Positions 25,738 through 38,104 of a stretch of DNA of 64,000 nt are shown here, one piece after another; within the stretch, counting starts at the first letter, position 1, and each line of letters opens with the position of its first letter. The position numbers were made by a program, and so were the translations under genes. Origin of the DNA: Antedon mediterranea (taxonomy: Eukaryota > Animalia > Echinodermata); NCBI RefSeq assembly GCF_964355755.1, contig NC_092671.1:18972001-19036000 (forward strand), given 5' to 3'. The notes beneath the pieces are model-generated. The model had not been told where the DNA came from. It made no database searches and was given only the letters and a program-made list of their open reading frames with translations.

Positions 25738-25748
25738 ACGCATGCGCA
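25738..25748 (+). promoter_or_regulatory. NRF1-like site about 100 bp upstream of the UBE2Z ATG
   Basis: ACGCATGCGCA resembles the palindromic GCGCATGCGC NRF1/P3A2 motif common in housekeeping promoters. Motif match only. Confidence 0.35.
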
Positions 25749-25844
25749 GCAGCATGATATGTGTGATGCATGGATGAATTGATGTTGCGGGAAACAGTGC
25801 TTGTTGTTCCGCATAAAATCTGGCAAATAAAAACATAAACAGAC

Positions 25845-28800
25845 ATGGCTGAGGCTCCATTGGAAACGGTAAGCACGGCTCAAAAACACGTTTCTCGCCC
25901 TTGGGATCCTTCTGCAAGTAAGGACTGGGATGATGAGCCAGTGTCATCGCAATGTATTATGCGGATTAAACGGTTAGTAGGCCCTAAGAAGTGTAATTCA
26001 TTTTGATCGCCTCTTCTAGCTAGGCCTAGCCTACCTAGCCTAGTAGGCCTAGCCAAGCCTAGCCTAGCTACTACTAGGCCTACTAGGCCTAGGGCTACTA
26101 CCTTAGTGATAGGCCTAGTAGCCTAGTAGGCCTAGCTTGCCACTGCTGCTAGGGCTGGAAGGCATAGCTAGTAAGTCCGGGAGCCCATGAAGATTTGTTT
26201 AGCATTGCAAGTACAAAAGGTCTGAGTGAGGCATAGAATATGTCAAGTAGGGTCCAGGGACCATCAAACGGCCGTTCTTAAGTTCCCGCCCCTGTACCAA
26301 CTCTAGGAAGGGGCGCTAAAAATACCCCAAAATTTGATTTAATTAGCATAATCGAGTACATAAATGAAACCAATGTTAAAATGTTTATTTTTAGCGTCTA
26401 ATTGAAGATCCGTAATTCTTAAGTGTCAACTCCTGTACCTAGTCCACTTAAGAAAGCCACTAATTAGCGCTAATTAGCATTTTAATTAGCATGGTCGAGT
26501 ACATCGATGAAACCTTGGGCAATACAATAAGTACATTTACCCAACTGAGAAAACGTAGTTCTTAAGTGCCAAATCCTGTACCATGGCCCCTTAAGAAAAG
26601 GTCAAAGGTCAGTATATGTCTCACCTATACTTAATTAACATAATGAGTACACCTGTAAATCCAATGCAAAAATGTTTATTTTTAGAGTCTAATTGAAGAT
26701 CCGTCCTTCTTAAGTGTCAACTCCTGTACCTAGTCCACTTAAGAAAGCCATTAATTAGCGCTAATTAACATTTTAATTAGCACAATCGAGTACATCAATA
26801 GAACCTTCGGCAATACAATAAGTACGTTTGCCCAACCAAGAAAACGTAGTTCAAAAGTGTTAAATCATGTACCATGACCCCTTAAGAAAGGGTCAAAGGT
26901 CCGTTTCTGTTTTAAAAAAAACTTGATTATGCATACTGAAGAAAATTATAAAATATTTACATTGAATAAATTCATCTGGTTCCAAATAATATTTTTGTGG
27001 ATTTTTACTTTTATGTTAAACCAAAACAACGAAAAGGAATAAAATTACCTTCGTGACGTTTCGCCGACAATCTGTCAGCTGCTTCAGACTAATGCCTGGG
27101 TTGGAATGGTCTGGTTTTTTGTAAGTGACGCTGAACAGCGCCACCAGCCGTCTGGTTGGTATTGACGGTAGAGCGTCTCCGCTGGCCCCCCTCCTGCTTC
27201 AACTTTTTCCAGCAAACTATCATATCATATCTACGGTTTTTCTTCCAACATCTAACCACGCTGATACATCAGGATGACTGCAATATCAGTACCTGATGCC
27301 TCGTTTCACTCTTTACATCGCTGAGATGTTCACCGCGCTCGATTCTCAAAATTAATTTTTCGTTACGCGGATGCATACCACTGTATGAAAACATTCAAAC
27401 TCTTTTGACACCTTTAATACTAATTATACTGTAATAATGTTATCTTCTTGTCCCACTACTTTGCTCCTAACAAATTCTCCCTCAACCCAATCATAACATC
27501 TTATTTTATAATAATGATGTGTCCATACTTAAAACTTTATTGAAAACCATGAAATCCCATCAGTTAAATCTATTAAATTTCATTGGGTTATCAATAATAA
27601 CAGCCTCTCATCATGGAAACTCTCTAAGAAAATAAGAAAAAAGTGTGTCTTGGAATCCTATCTAAGTTATCTTCCTTCCTCCCCTCTAGTATTCTTAAAA
27701 CCTATTATCCTTAACTCATCCTTCCTTATTCGAGCTATCGTAATATTGTCTTGGCCAACCCAACAAACATCCGTAATTTCATATTCTGCAAAAATGCTTC
27801 GAATTATATATCTGGCGCCCATCCACTGTCGCATTACTCCCATTTATTTTTCCTTCCTTTACTTCTAAAACTCAAATGATCACGGACATTAATTCTTTTA
27901 CCAGCAAGGACAAGGTGTATCTTTTTGCTACTAATAACACCATTCAATCCTGCAACAAGATCTTCACCTTTTTGGGATTCCGTCTTCGTCCATTAATATT
28001 TTACACATTATTTTTATTATTATTATTAGTGGTTTTCTTAATAAGCGGAATGGGTAGGCATACATGTGATGGATCTTCAGTTGTTTCTAAATATAAACTT
28101 TTAGAATTAATTTTCACATTGTGTTCTCACGGTCTAGCCATTTTGCCACCCGGCAAATTGCCACCCGGCACATTGCCACCCGGCCCTTTGCCGCCCAGCC
28201 TTTTACTACTTGGCCTTTAGCCACCCAGTCCTTTGCTACCCGGCCGCATGTGGCATATTTCCACCTTAGGCCTTTTGACACATGGGCCCTGCCACCCAGC
28301 CATTTGACACCAGGCCTGTTGTCACCCGGCCATTTTCCACCCAGTCTCTGGCCATCGCTTAGTTTCCAACTGGCCTGTTGCCAAACGGCCTGCTGCAAAC
28401 TGGCGTGCTTGCTACAAAGGCGCGTAGCGTCTGGGCGAATATATAATAGGTCTATACTTTTAGAGATAACTAGGCCCTATATTCTCATGCAGTGGATATG
28501 CTACTGATCAATGTTAATTAAACAGTTGTTTTTACGAATTATTTTGTGACAGTCAATTGAAGATTCTGTATATCATAGGCTTTTGTCCTCATGAAATCAG
28601 TAACGAAATTGTATACATTTATTTGGATAAAATACAAATTAAGTGGTAAACAAGGTGGTCTACTTTAACAATTATCGGAAAACTTTAAAACATCTGGGTC
28701 TATACCATAGAAAAGCAATTTATTAATTAAAATGATTTACACATTTTAATCTTGCGTTTATTTTAATTTAATTGCAGGCCTAAGGGCAAATAACACTCTC

Positions 28801-31800
28801 AGATCAGGAGGCAAAAGGCCGGGTGGCAAAAGCCCGAGTGGCAAAATGGACTGGGTGGAAATGGGCCGGTGTCGAAATACCGGGTGGCGAAAGGCTGACG
28901 AAAGGCTGGCAAAAGGCCAGGTGGCAACCGGCCGGAACCTATGTACTACTCACTATGCTAATTAAAGTTCAGGTGGGACATACATTGACCTATTACCCTT
29001 TCTTAAGGGGTCATGGTATAGGATTTGGCACTTTACGTTTTCTCAGTTGGTTAAACTTACTTATTGTACTTTCCAAGGTTTCATCGATGTTGTACTTGAT
29101 CATGCTACTTTTAATGACCACTAATTAATTACTTTCTTAAGCAGATTAGGTACAGGGGAGTTGATACTTAAGAATGATAGATCTTCAATTAAACTCTAAA
29201 AATAAACATTTTTGCATTGGTTTTACATGTGTACTCATTATGTTAATTAAGTCTAGGTGGGACATATATTGACCTTTGACCCTTTCTTAAGGGGTCATGG
29301 TACAGGATTTGGCGTTTTCGTTTTCTCAGTTGGGTAAATGTACTTATTGTATTGCCCAAGGTTTCATCGATGTACTCGACCATGCTAATTAAAATGCTAA
29401 TTAGTGGCTTTCTTAAGTGGACTAGGTACAGGAGTTGACACTTAAGAATTACGGATCTTCAATTAGACCCTAAAAATAAACATTTTAACATTAGTTTCAT
29501 TTATGTACTTGATTATGCTAATTAAATCAAATTTTGGGGTATTTTGAGCGCCGCTCCCTAGAGTTGGTACAGGGGCGGTAACTTAAGAACGGCCGTTTAA
29601 TGGTCCCAGAACCCCACTTGACATATTCTATGCCTCAGACCTTTTGTACTCGCAATGCTAAACAAATCTTGGTGTGAACATGAAAGCCTAGACTACTAAG
29701 TTACTTATCGACCCATTCCCAAATTCAGCATCTTTATTATTCTTGATTAATTATGACTCTGAGTAGGGATATTGTTGATTGATGTGTTTTATTTACTCTA
29801 TTTTTTCAGTGATATTATTAGCATTTATAATGATCCTGCACCAGGTATGTGTATAGTTCCTGAGGAAAATATAACAAAGGTAAGCTAACTAATTGATAAG
29901 ACTAAAATGAATGTAGGCTTGGCTATTGGTAAACTCCCATAGAATCAAAAAGTTGACATCCATTAATCCTAGCCTATATGGCAATGTCTCCATCCATCGT
30001 ACCAGGCTTCTAAAAATTAGTCCATATTACACCAGTTTAAATCCCCCTCCTGTTGGTCATGTACCACACTATGCCGGCACCATACCAAGTATTTCTGTCT
30101 GGATTTTCCATGTAGCACTTGTATTCTAAAATTATTCTCTTCTAATGTAAGAAAATATAGTTATTTATAGGCTTGGGCCTACTGTAGATAGGCATATTTA
30201 AACTTGCGTATTGACTGATAAATACATTCTTATTATTTGTTTTTATTGGCAATTGATCCTTACTACTGTACATATCAAATCATCCAAAATCAAGTAATAA
30301 TTATATTATTGATTTATTTTATATTTTCAGGTCCATGCACTTATTACTGGTCCATTTGACACACCTTATGAAGGAGGGTTTTTCCACTTTTTTATTCGTT
30401 TTCCACCAAACTACCCGATACATCCACCCAGAGTAAAACTACTTACAACTGGTGGTGGTCAAGTTAGGTTCAACCCTAACTTATATAAAAGTGGAAAAGT
30501 ATGTTTGAGTACTATCGGGTAAGAAATCTTGCATGTTTTTTACGCTCTATAAAAACTTGGATATAATACTGACGCCCTAATTTAGACACATATTAAGGGG
30601 ACATCCGTGTTGGGTCCTCTTGATACTAGTATGATTAATAAAATTCACACTTTTGTACAGTACTTCAAATTAAAATATAATACAGTCAACTCTCCCAATA
30701 CCGGACTCTCCGAAAACCAGAAACTCTCCCAATACCAGACTTTTTTTGAGGACCAAAAGGTCCCAAATTTATATTTACCATTAAAAACACATTCCGAATA
30801 CCAGACTTTTCGGAAAACCAGACTTATTTGACCGGCCCAAAGGTGTCCGGTATTGGGAGAGTTGACTGTAATAAGCTTTTTATTTTCTTGTTTTTGTTAA
30901 AATCTTTAGAACATGGCCTGGTCCATCATGGAGCCCTGCTCAGAGCCTAATGAGTGTATTAATATCTATTCAGTCTCTATTGAATGACAAGCCATATCAT
31001 AATGAACCCGGATTTGAACAGGTACAAATAGTATACAAATAATTAATGTGTTAGGTGTTGAGAATATTTCATGATTCGAAAAATGCTTTATATTTAACAA
31101 GGAGCCAAGTTGAAAATAGAAATAAAGAATTTGAAATGAAATATTCTCTCCATTTAACAAAACATTAATTATTTGTTTTATAACAAACATACTTTTTATT
31201 AAATTTATCCATCGTAAATCATTGCTAGCTAGGCCATTAAAAGGCAGTGCTCCAAATTTAAATGCGAATTAGACAGTTATATATGGTGCACACAAGAAGT
31301 TGATTTCTAAAAATGATCAGTCACAACATCGCATGGCAAAAATTCTCATAATGTATACAGAAATCTGAAGATGCATAGAGTGTGCAGGGCCGTAGCCAGC
31401 ATGAGACAGAAATGATCAACTTTCACCACCCACCCTAATTTCCCAGCACAGATCGTCATATTTTATATTAATAATAATATTTAAAGCATCTTTGTCTCGT
31501 CTGTTTTTAACTTCTCACTACGGCCTTGTTAAGTACTGTATGACCATTAAATATCACATCATATCATATTATTTCTTGTGTATAGATAGATAGATATATG
31601 AACATTTAGATTTAAGTGGACCTATACCTTGTAATCTCTCTCAGTAATGAACTTAAGCTCATTGGTCATCGGTGACTCTTCGAATTTGCACTTGAAAAGT
31701 TTTATTGTTTAGTCAAAATCAGTAATCCATGAATAAATACATATATACTCACAGTGCTGCAGATTATATTATTAATTATGATTATTATTAATAATTGACA

Positions 31801-33668
31801 AGTATATTCTTTCCATTAGTTTAAATTCAATTCCAAAGTACTTTTGTTAAGCCAGCTTTGTATACATTTGCATACAACCATCGGTGACTCTTCGAATTTG
31901 CACTTGAAAAGTTTTATTGTTTAGTCAAAATCAGTAATCCATGAATAAATACATATATACTCACAGTGCTGCAGATTATATTATTAATTATGATTATTAT
32001 TAATAATTGACAAGTATATTCTTTCCATTAGTTTAAATTCAATTCCAAAGTACTTTTGTTAAGCCAGCTTTGTATACATTTGCATACAACCATCGGTGAC
32101 TCTTCGAATTTGCACTTGAAAAGTTTTATTGTTTAGTCAAAATCAGTAATCCATGAATAAATACATATATATTCACAGTGCTGCAGATTATATTATTAAT
32201 TATGATTATTATTAATAATTGACAAGTATATTCTTTCCATTAGTTTAAATTCAATTCCAAAGTACTTTTGTTAAGCCAGCTTTGTATACATTTGCATACA
32301 ACCATGAGCACTATGTTTCTAAGCAATATATGGAATTATTCCAGTAATTTTGTATTTAGTATTATATAATGTAATCATTATAAATTTCTTTTGTTAGGAA
32401 CGTCATTCAGGTGATTGTGAGAAGTACAACGAATGTATTCGCCATGAGACGATAAGAGTTGCCGTGTGTGATATGATTAAACACAGTACACTTCCAGTAC
32501 CCCTAAGGTACAGTGTAAGCAAGCTATTTAGACACTGTTTTTTAAAAATAGAATCAACACAATCAAAAACATAAGAATGACTGTTGAATGTTGCTGTACG
32601 CTGTTGTACTTTGTCAATCTTTCAATTCATTAAAATATTCTCCCCATTTAACTATATAAACATTATACCTATACTTTTTTTATAATTTTTTTTACTTCAA
32701 TTTATTTATGTAGAAAAGTAATGGAAACGTCCTTTCCAGATTTCTATGATTATTACAAGTCAACGGCAATGAAGAAAACCCATCTATCGGGAATTATAAT
32801 GCAGGTAAGGTACAAATTCTAATTTTAATATTTTACAGGATGTATTGATTATTTCAAACTGAGCCTACTGAATTATATTACTGTTAGTTATAGTCTTCAA
32901 CTGAGACCATGCACCAAAACAATGTGAAGACCTTTAACCTTTACAGTAATCATCATCAGTGCATCCTTGCCTTTGATTGGTTGATTATTCCCCACAAACA
33001 AAAGTATTGCACAATTACCTTTTTAAAAACATTTGTGAGAATTTTGTGTGAATGTCATGGTTTATAGAAAATGAAAGATGGAAAACAACCTGTAATGTGC
33101 TCCACCCTGCGACCAAATTCCAAGCATTGACAGGCATTCATGGAAGCGGCAAATTAATTAATTAAAATTGTATTTTAGAAATGTGTTATCAAATTATCGG
33201 GAGACCAAATGTCATGCTCGCCAAAAGATTTATCTAATTTTATATCTTGTAAACAAATAATGAATGTTTTTTTGATCTGAGTATATTTTTATAAATTGGA
33301 AACGACTAGCTGCCCTATTCAATTAGAATTTGCCTTGTTATATAGAACACAAATAAAAATATTCTCCCTATTCAATTCATAAACATCCTTTCTATAACAA
33401 AAATTGTTAAGGGAAACTGCTTTGATTGAGTTAATGCTGTATTTACATATATTTCATACTATATTTATATATATTATTTTTATACTTGTAAACATTTTTT
33501 GTGTCACAGGATCCATTTGGTGAAAGGAGAGGATCATTCTCATATTTGTCCTTAGAAAAGCAATTGGATGCGATTAAGAAGCAACTAGAAGAGAAAGCTG
33601 CCACTGCAGATATTGAAACAAGTAGTAGCTCATCTGACATGGAACATGATGGAATTCCTAACAGTTGA
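25845..33668 (+). CDS. UBE2Z: Ubiquitin-conjugating enzyme E2 Z (USE1), 7 exons, 285 aa
   Basis: Exons: 25845-25972, 29810-29879, 30331-30518, 30910-31021, 32398-32507, 32714-32804, 33510-33668. GT-AG introns with consistent phases. Motifs: [48 protein letters not shown] (catalytic Cys), [45 protein letters not shown]. Confidence 0.96.
27048..27095 (-). ncRNA. Degenerate Penelope-type minimal hammerhead ribozyme remnant
   Basis: Minus strand reads agt-CTGAAGCA-GCTGACA(gat)TGTCGGC-GAAA-CG-TC-acg. It has a 7-bp stem II and GAAACGTC, but the core CUGANGA carries A to C and stem I is weak. Confidence 0.45.
28130..28940. mobile_element. Nested MITE with inverted arrays of about 15-bp GC-rich subterminal repeats
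   Basis: (ttgccacccggcnnn)n at about 28135-28400 and the inverted (ccgggtggcaaaa)n at about 28805-28940, around an AT-rich core. Confidence 0.7.
30683..30868. mobile_element. pogo/Tigger-type MITE in UBE2Z intron 3
   Basis: Perfect TIRs CAGTCAACTCTCCCAATACCGGAC / GTCCGGTATTGGGAGAGTTGACTG, with TA on both sides. Confidence 0.85.
31667..32305. repeat. Three near-perfect tandem copies of a 212-bp unit in UBE2Z intron 4
   Basis: Units start catcggtgactcttcgaatttgcac at 31667, 31879 and 32091. One substitution was noticed in copy 3. CAT microhomology at the junction. Confidence 0.95.
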
Positions 33669-35144
33669 TTTCTTAAAACATGTGGGTTGTAGCAAAGAAT
33701 ATATATCACAAGAATGAGTAATCCGCGATTTTCCCTGTAACAGTAATATTGTCCATGTGGTAGTAATCAAAGGCTGGACCACCGGTAGTATTTTCATGAT
33801 AAAAAATGTTATCAACTACATGCCAACATGTCAAATGCTGTTTGGATATTTAATTGTTCATTTTATGCAATTTATTTAGTAAAAACTGCTGTATAAACAG
33901 TTCACTTTATCAAATAGCGTGACCGGGCGTGTTGGTGTTTACGCGTTTTCACGAAGGATAGTTTAATAATATTCCTATATTTAACTTGTTTCTGGTAAAA
34001 CAAATAAATGTTAATGAAATTTAACATTTTATCCTATTAATAACATGTATTTTATACTAATTTATATCATATAAAAACAATACTTAATTTACCGGGCGTA
34101 GAGTAGTACACGGCAATGGTAAAGAATAGGCCTTGCTGAGTAACGATTCATTGATTTTTGGTGTTGCTGTGTTAGGCCTTTTTTGTGAACTAATTTAGCA
34201 TGTTAGTCAATAATGTCTGTAAAAGTGAATGTACACTAGTTTGTTAATAAATATGTATTATAAAATAGTTTATAATTGCAAAATATTTTATCATAATTCT
34301 ATTTAATGTGACATGTTTAATATCTATTAAATCAAGTCTTATTTAGTATGTATACATCCGCCCTTATGAGGGCGGGCATCACTCTCTGGAGCTCTCTGTT
34401 ACAAATTTCTCATGCAAAAATCGCGGAATATTCATTCTTGTGATATATATTCTTTGGTTGTAGGCAATACATTCATCATTGTTTACTGTAGTGAAATAAA
34501 CCTGTAATAATTTATATGACCATAAAATTCCACTCAATAGGCACGTTCACATAAGGTTTTATCATGATATTGAATATCACGTTAGAACTTAGCAGGAAGA
34601 GCGTTCACATAGAATTTAATAACGTGATATTTAAGTATGCTAATGAGGTGCACTGATGCATAAAAGGCCAAACACACAAGTTCTGGTGCACATGTGGGAA
34701 GGAATTGTTGATTTGTTTTTGTAGTGTGGGCCTCTAGAATGCTTGCTAACAATTTCTCCACATTTGAGATGAGGGTAGATGGAAGGGGTTAGGAATTCCA
34801 AAAATAAATACATTTGCATTTTAGTACCGCTAACATAATTTATTGATACATTTATAATGCAATGACACTGTACTGTTATTTGTTTTCATCGGAGCTGTTG
34901 GGGCATGCAGCCCCTCTGTTTTGCAACTCCACAAAGCAGTTATAGTTAAAAACTATGTCGTTTAATTTTAGGAAACTAATGTGATCTTTAAATTCCTTTA
35001 AAAGTATGCGGTGAAATATGATATTAGGAATTCTTTTTTTTTATTTCAACATGTATTTAACAGCAAAGTGCAAGACTCACCAATTACTGTACAATCTCAC
35101 CTACTACTATGACATGGTTGCCATATCCTAGTATTGTGAGTGAT

Positions 35145-35217
35145 AGTGAGTCAAGATTTGAACCGAACCAAGAACCTAAAGATTGGTAAGCAAGCATGTT
35201 AACCGCCAAACTACAAT
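35145..35217 (-). mobile_element. Decayed tRNA-derived SINE head
   Basis: Minus strand has A-box-like gtagtttggcggttaa and B-box-like ggttcaaatc at tRNA-like spacing, but no complete cloverleaf. Confidence 0.35.
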
Positions 35218-36366
35218 GGCACTGAATTGTTATAGTTATCTTAAACCTGCTATAATGTAACGTAAAACAGAGAAATGAAGACATTGGTATTTCTTACATT
35301 ATATACTTAGGCAGAGCAAAACGTTTATTTTTAAAGTGCAACAATTTCTTAATTTTAATATTAAACATACATGTTTAATTTTTACATATAGGAAGATTAT
35401 AATATTTTAATCTGTATAAGAGAGAGCATTTGTACATTTGTTTAGTTATGCGAGTTGTTGCTATTGCACACGTCCATACACATAGTAGTAGTCTTATAAA
35501 AGCTTAAGACAGACATAAATAGATAAAATAACTATTAAAATTGTTGTTGGCCCATTTTTTTTAGACTAATAAGTTATGAATGTTTCTATTTGTTTAGTAA
35601 TTGCCAAAAAAATGTTTATCTATTGTATATGTGATTACAATTCTTCAATTCATCATGTAGAACCCAATGGGCTATATTGCAAGATGCACAATATAATAAT
35701 GATAGTAAAAGCACATTATAAGCAGGCTGTTGATGCACTGTATTGAAGTTTAAAATAAAGTTAGATAAATGAATATATTTGAAAAGAAAATTCTTTGGGT
35801 GGGTCTTTAAAGAGTTCAAAGTAGCACACTGTCGGATTGATATTGGGTAAGGAATTGCACAATGTTGGAGCAATCGGGTAGACATTCAACTTTTGGATCA
35901 CATGCGGACACTAATGGGGACACTTTGCTGTGTCCCAAAGGTGTAGCCTTAGTAGGGCTTCTAATTTATGTTATTTAAGTCATGTTATTTATTATGATTT
36001 GAATCAAAAGATTAAAGAGTTAGATTGTAAACAGACTTACATACTATGTGTAAGAATACTATAATAGAACATCTCTTTTGGGAAAACACTACATCTTTTC
36101 TGTGAAACTTGGGTATATAGTATGTTGTAATAGTAACACTTCGGCCAATCCCTATCCAATACACCTCTATCAAGGGAAACTTTGTTGGGTCCTGAAGGCG
36201 TCTCCTTAATATGTGTTACTAGTGTGCCTAGTATAATCCTATTTGAATTAAATGTGTAACCAGTGATGTTATAAACATAATGATGTTTATTCTTTATTGC
36301 AATTATTAGTGTAAATGATTTATTTATATCTTATATATAGATTGTATATGTGTAAACAAGTTTAAT

Positions 36367-36454
36367 AATAGTAGTATAATGTTAAGTTAATAGTAGTATA
36401 ATGTTAAGTTAATAGTAGTATAATGTTAAGTTAATAGTAGTATAATGTTAAGTT
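36367..36454. repeat. 22-bp minisatellite x4
   Basis: (aatagtagtataatgttaagtt)4. Confidence 0.9.
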
Positions 36455-38104
36455 ATTTGTAAAGTAGTATACTACTTTATTTTGATTATTTGTTTTAAGG
36501 CATTTTATTGTACTGATTGCAAAACATTAGTTTACAAGCCATGGCATTCTTTTTCACTGAACAAAAATTGATATGAAATTTGTACCAAGTGCACCCAAAG
36601 ATCCAAATTACAAAACCATACAAACAAGAGCAACCAGATTACATACCTTAGCTAAGTGCAGACCTCCAAATTTGAAAATGATTAACCCCTGTTTTTTTAT
36701 TTATATTGTTAAAAATACCGATTGTAGGCCAAACAAGGAGTTGTCTAATGTAATATATTATGTTTATTGTTAGATTAAAATGATGTACTTTTCAGTCGGT
36801 GATCACGCAATTTGGCCTAAAATTGGGATCCTGGTCCTGGTTGTCTTTTGTGACCAAATATCTAGTATAGGTGATTTACATTTGGTAAAGATTCATCTTT
36901 TAGTTTCGATGTTAACCAGTACAGCATTTTTAACATATGTCCTCTACTCTCAAATGTAATTTGTGATGGTGTTAATAAAGTTGTTTTCCAATTCTCTAAT
37001 TATTTCCCATTAAACCTCATACTTTGCAAGATTGCAAAATTCTACAATTCAAAAACTATAAATTTCAGATCAGATATATTATTGTAGATATTATTTGAAC
37101 AATTTATATAATTTATTTATTTTATTAAAGTTTCCAATGAGTATGAATTTTGTGCCTTATTTATGAATAGAAATGTTGATAAAAGAATAACTTTAAAATT
37201 AGAAGAAGTTATGTTATTAAAGCCTTATGAGTATTCATTTATGGTGTCACATGTGTCTGTGTATTGTGTTACCATCCAGGGCTGGTAGCTACTAGTACAG
37301 TTGGTAAGGTTTTAACCTCATTAATAGGCTTTTGACAACACTTTGGCCCATACAGACATTGTTCCCTTTCTAGCGATCACCTCACACTTTATTTCTCAGT
37401 TTTTTCGATTGATTGATGGGCAAAATATAAATTTTCTAAAATTATTTATGCTGAGATTATAGAGTATATGCCATTGTTTTAGATTAGAATCTTATATTTT
37501 TTATATTATGTTTTATAAAAAAATATTCATATTAAAAAAAAAAATTTGATACAGGGATTTTGTCGAGAAATTTTCAAAATTCAATTATTGGAGTTGTATT
37601 ACGTCCACAAAAGCCTATGGATTCATATAACATGTTAGGTTGAAAAATGGCAACAATATCAACTTTTCAATTATTATGCAATAATATTTGTAATTATATT
37701 ATTAACTGGTTACTATGGCTCTAATAAGATAATATTAACGCAATATGTGCATTTATAACAATATATTATCACATGTAATTGAATCTTAAACCGATATTTT
37801 GGCCATTTCGAAAAAAAATCCCTTTGAGCCTTTTATTTCTTTACTGTTTGCCATGTGTAATTAAGTAATTAAGCCAGTCAATATTTTGGCAGAGAAATTT
37901 TTTTTTTAATTTACTTGCACAGAATCTCATACTAATCTGTTCTGCATGTTACCTCAATACATAATTCTATTAGTCAATATTTTGGTCATTTAAAAAAAAC
38001 ATCACTGTACAACAGCACAGGGAAAATGTAAAAAAAGCACAGAAAAATGTTCAAGGTGAGCCTATTTTCGGAAGACAAATACTTTAAAATTCGTAATTCC
38101 TTAT

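Larger units (their letters stand above)
26190..29670. mobile_element. Foldback-type element with about 700-bp inverted arms in UBE2Z intron 1
   Basis: aagatttgtttagcattgc..gtacaaaaggtctgag at 26190 is mirrored at 29670. Arms about 26190-26900 and 28985-29670, each built from about 300-bp subrepeats. No TSD or transposase seen. Confidence 0.8.

Noticed and set aside
27400-28000. Purine-rich minus-strand stretch that looks like decayed coding sequence
   Set aside because: The frames I translated contain stops and no motif I could recognise. A translated homology search would be needed.
27876-29128. Pro/Trp/Gly-rich ORFs on both strands
   Set aside because: They are translations of 15-bp GC-rich MITE subterminal repeats.
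3768-33668. HOIP-like E3 and UBE2Z as a functional E2-E3 gene cluster
   Set aside because: They are 12 kb apart with unrelated GPCRs between them. UBE2Z is the UBA6-specific E2 and not a known HOIP partner. Adjacency alone is not evidence without conserved synteny.
35145-35217. tRNA gene
   Set aside because: Only A/B-box-like remnants are present, and the acceptor and anticodon stems do not pair. Treated as a SINE relic.
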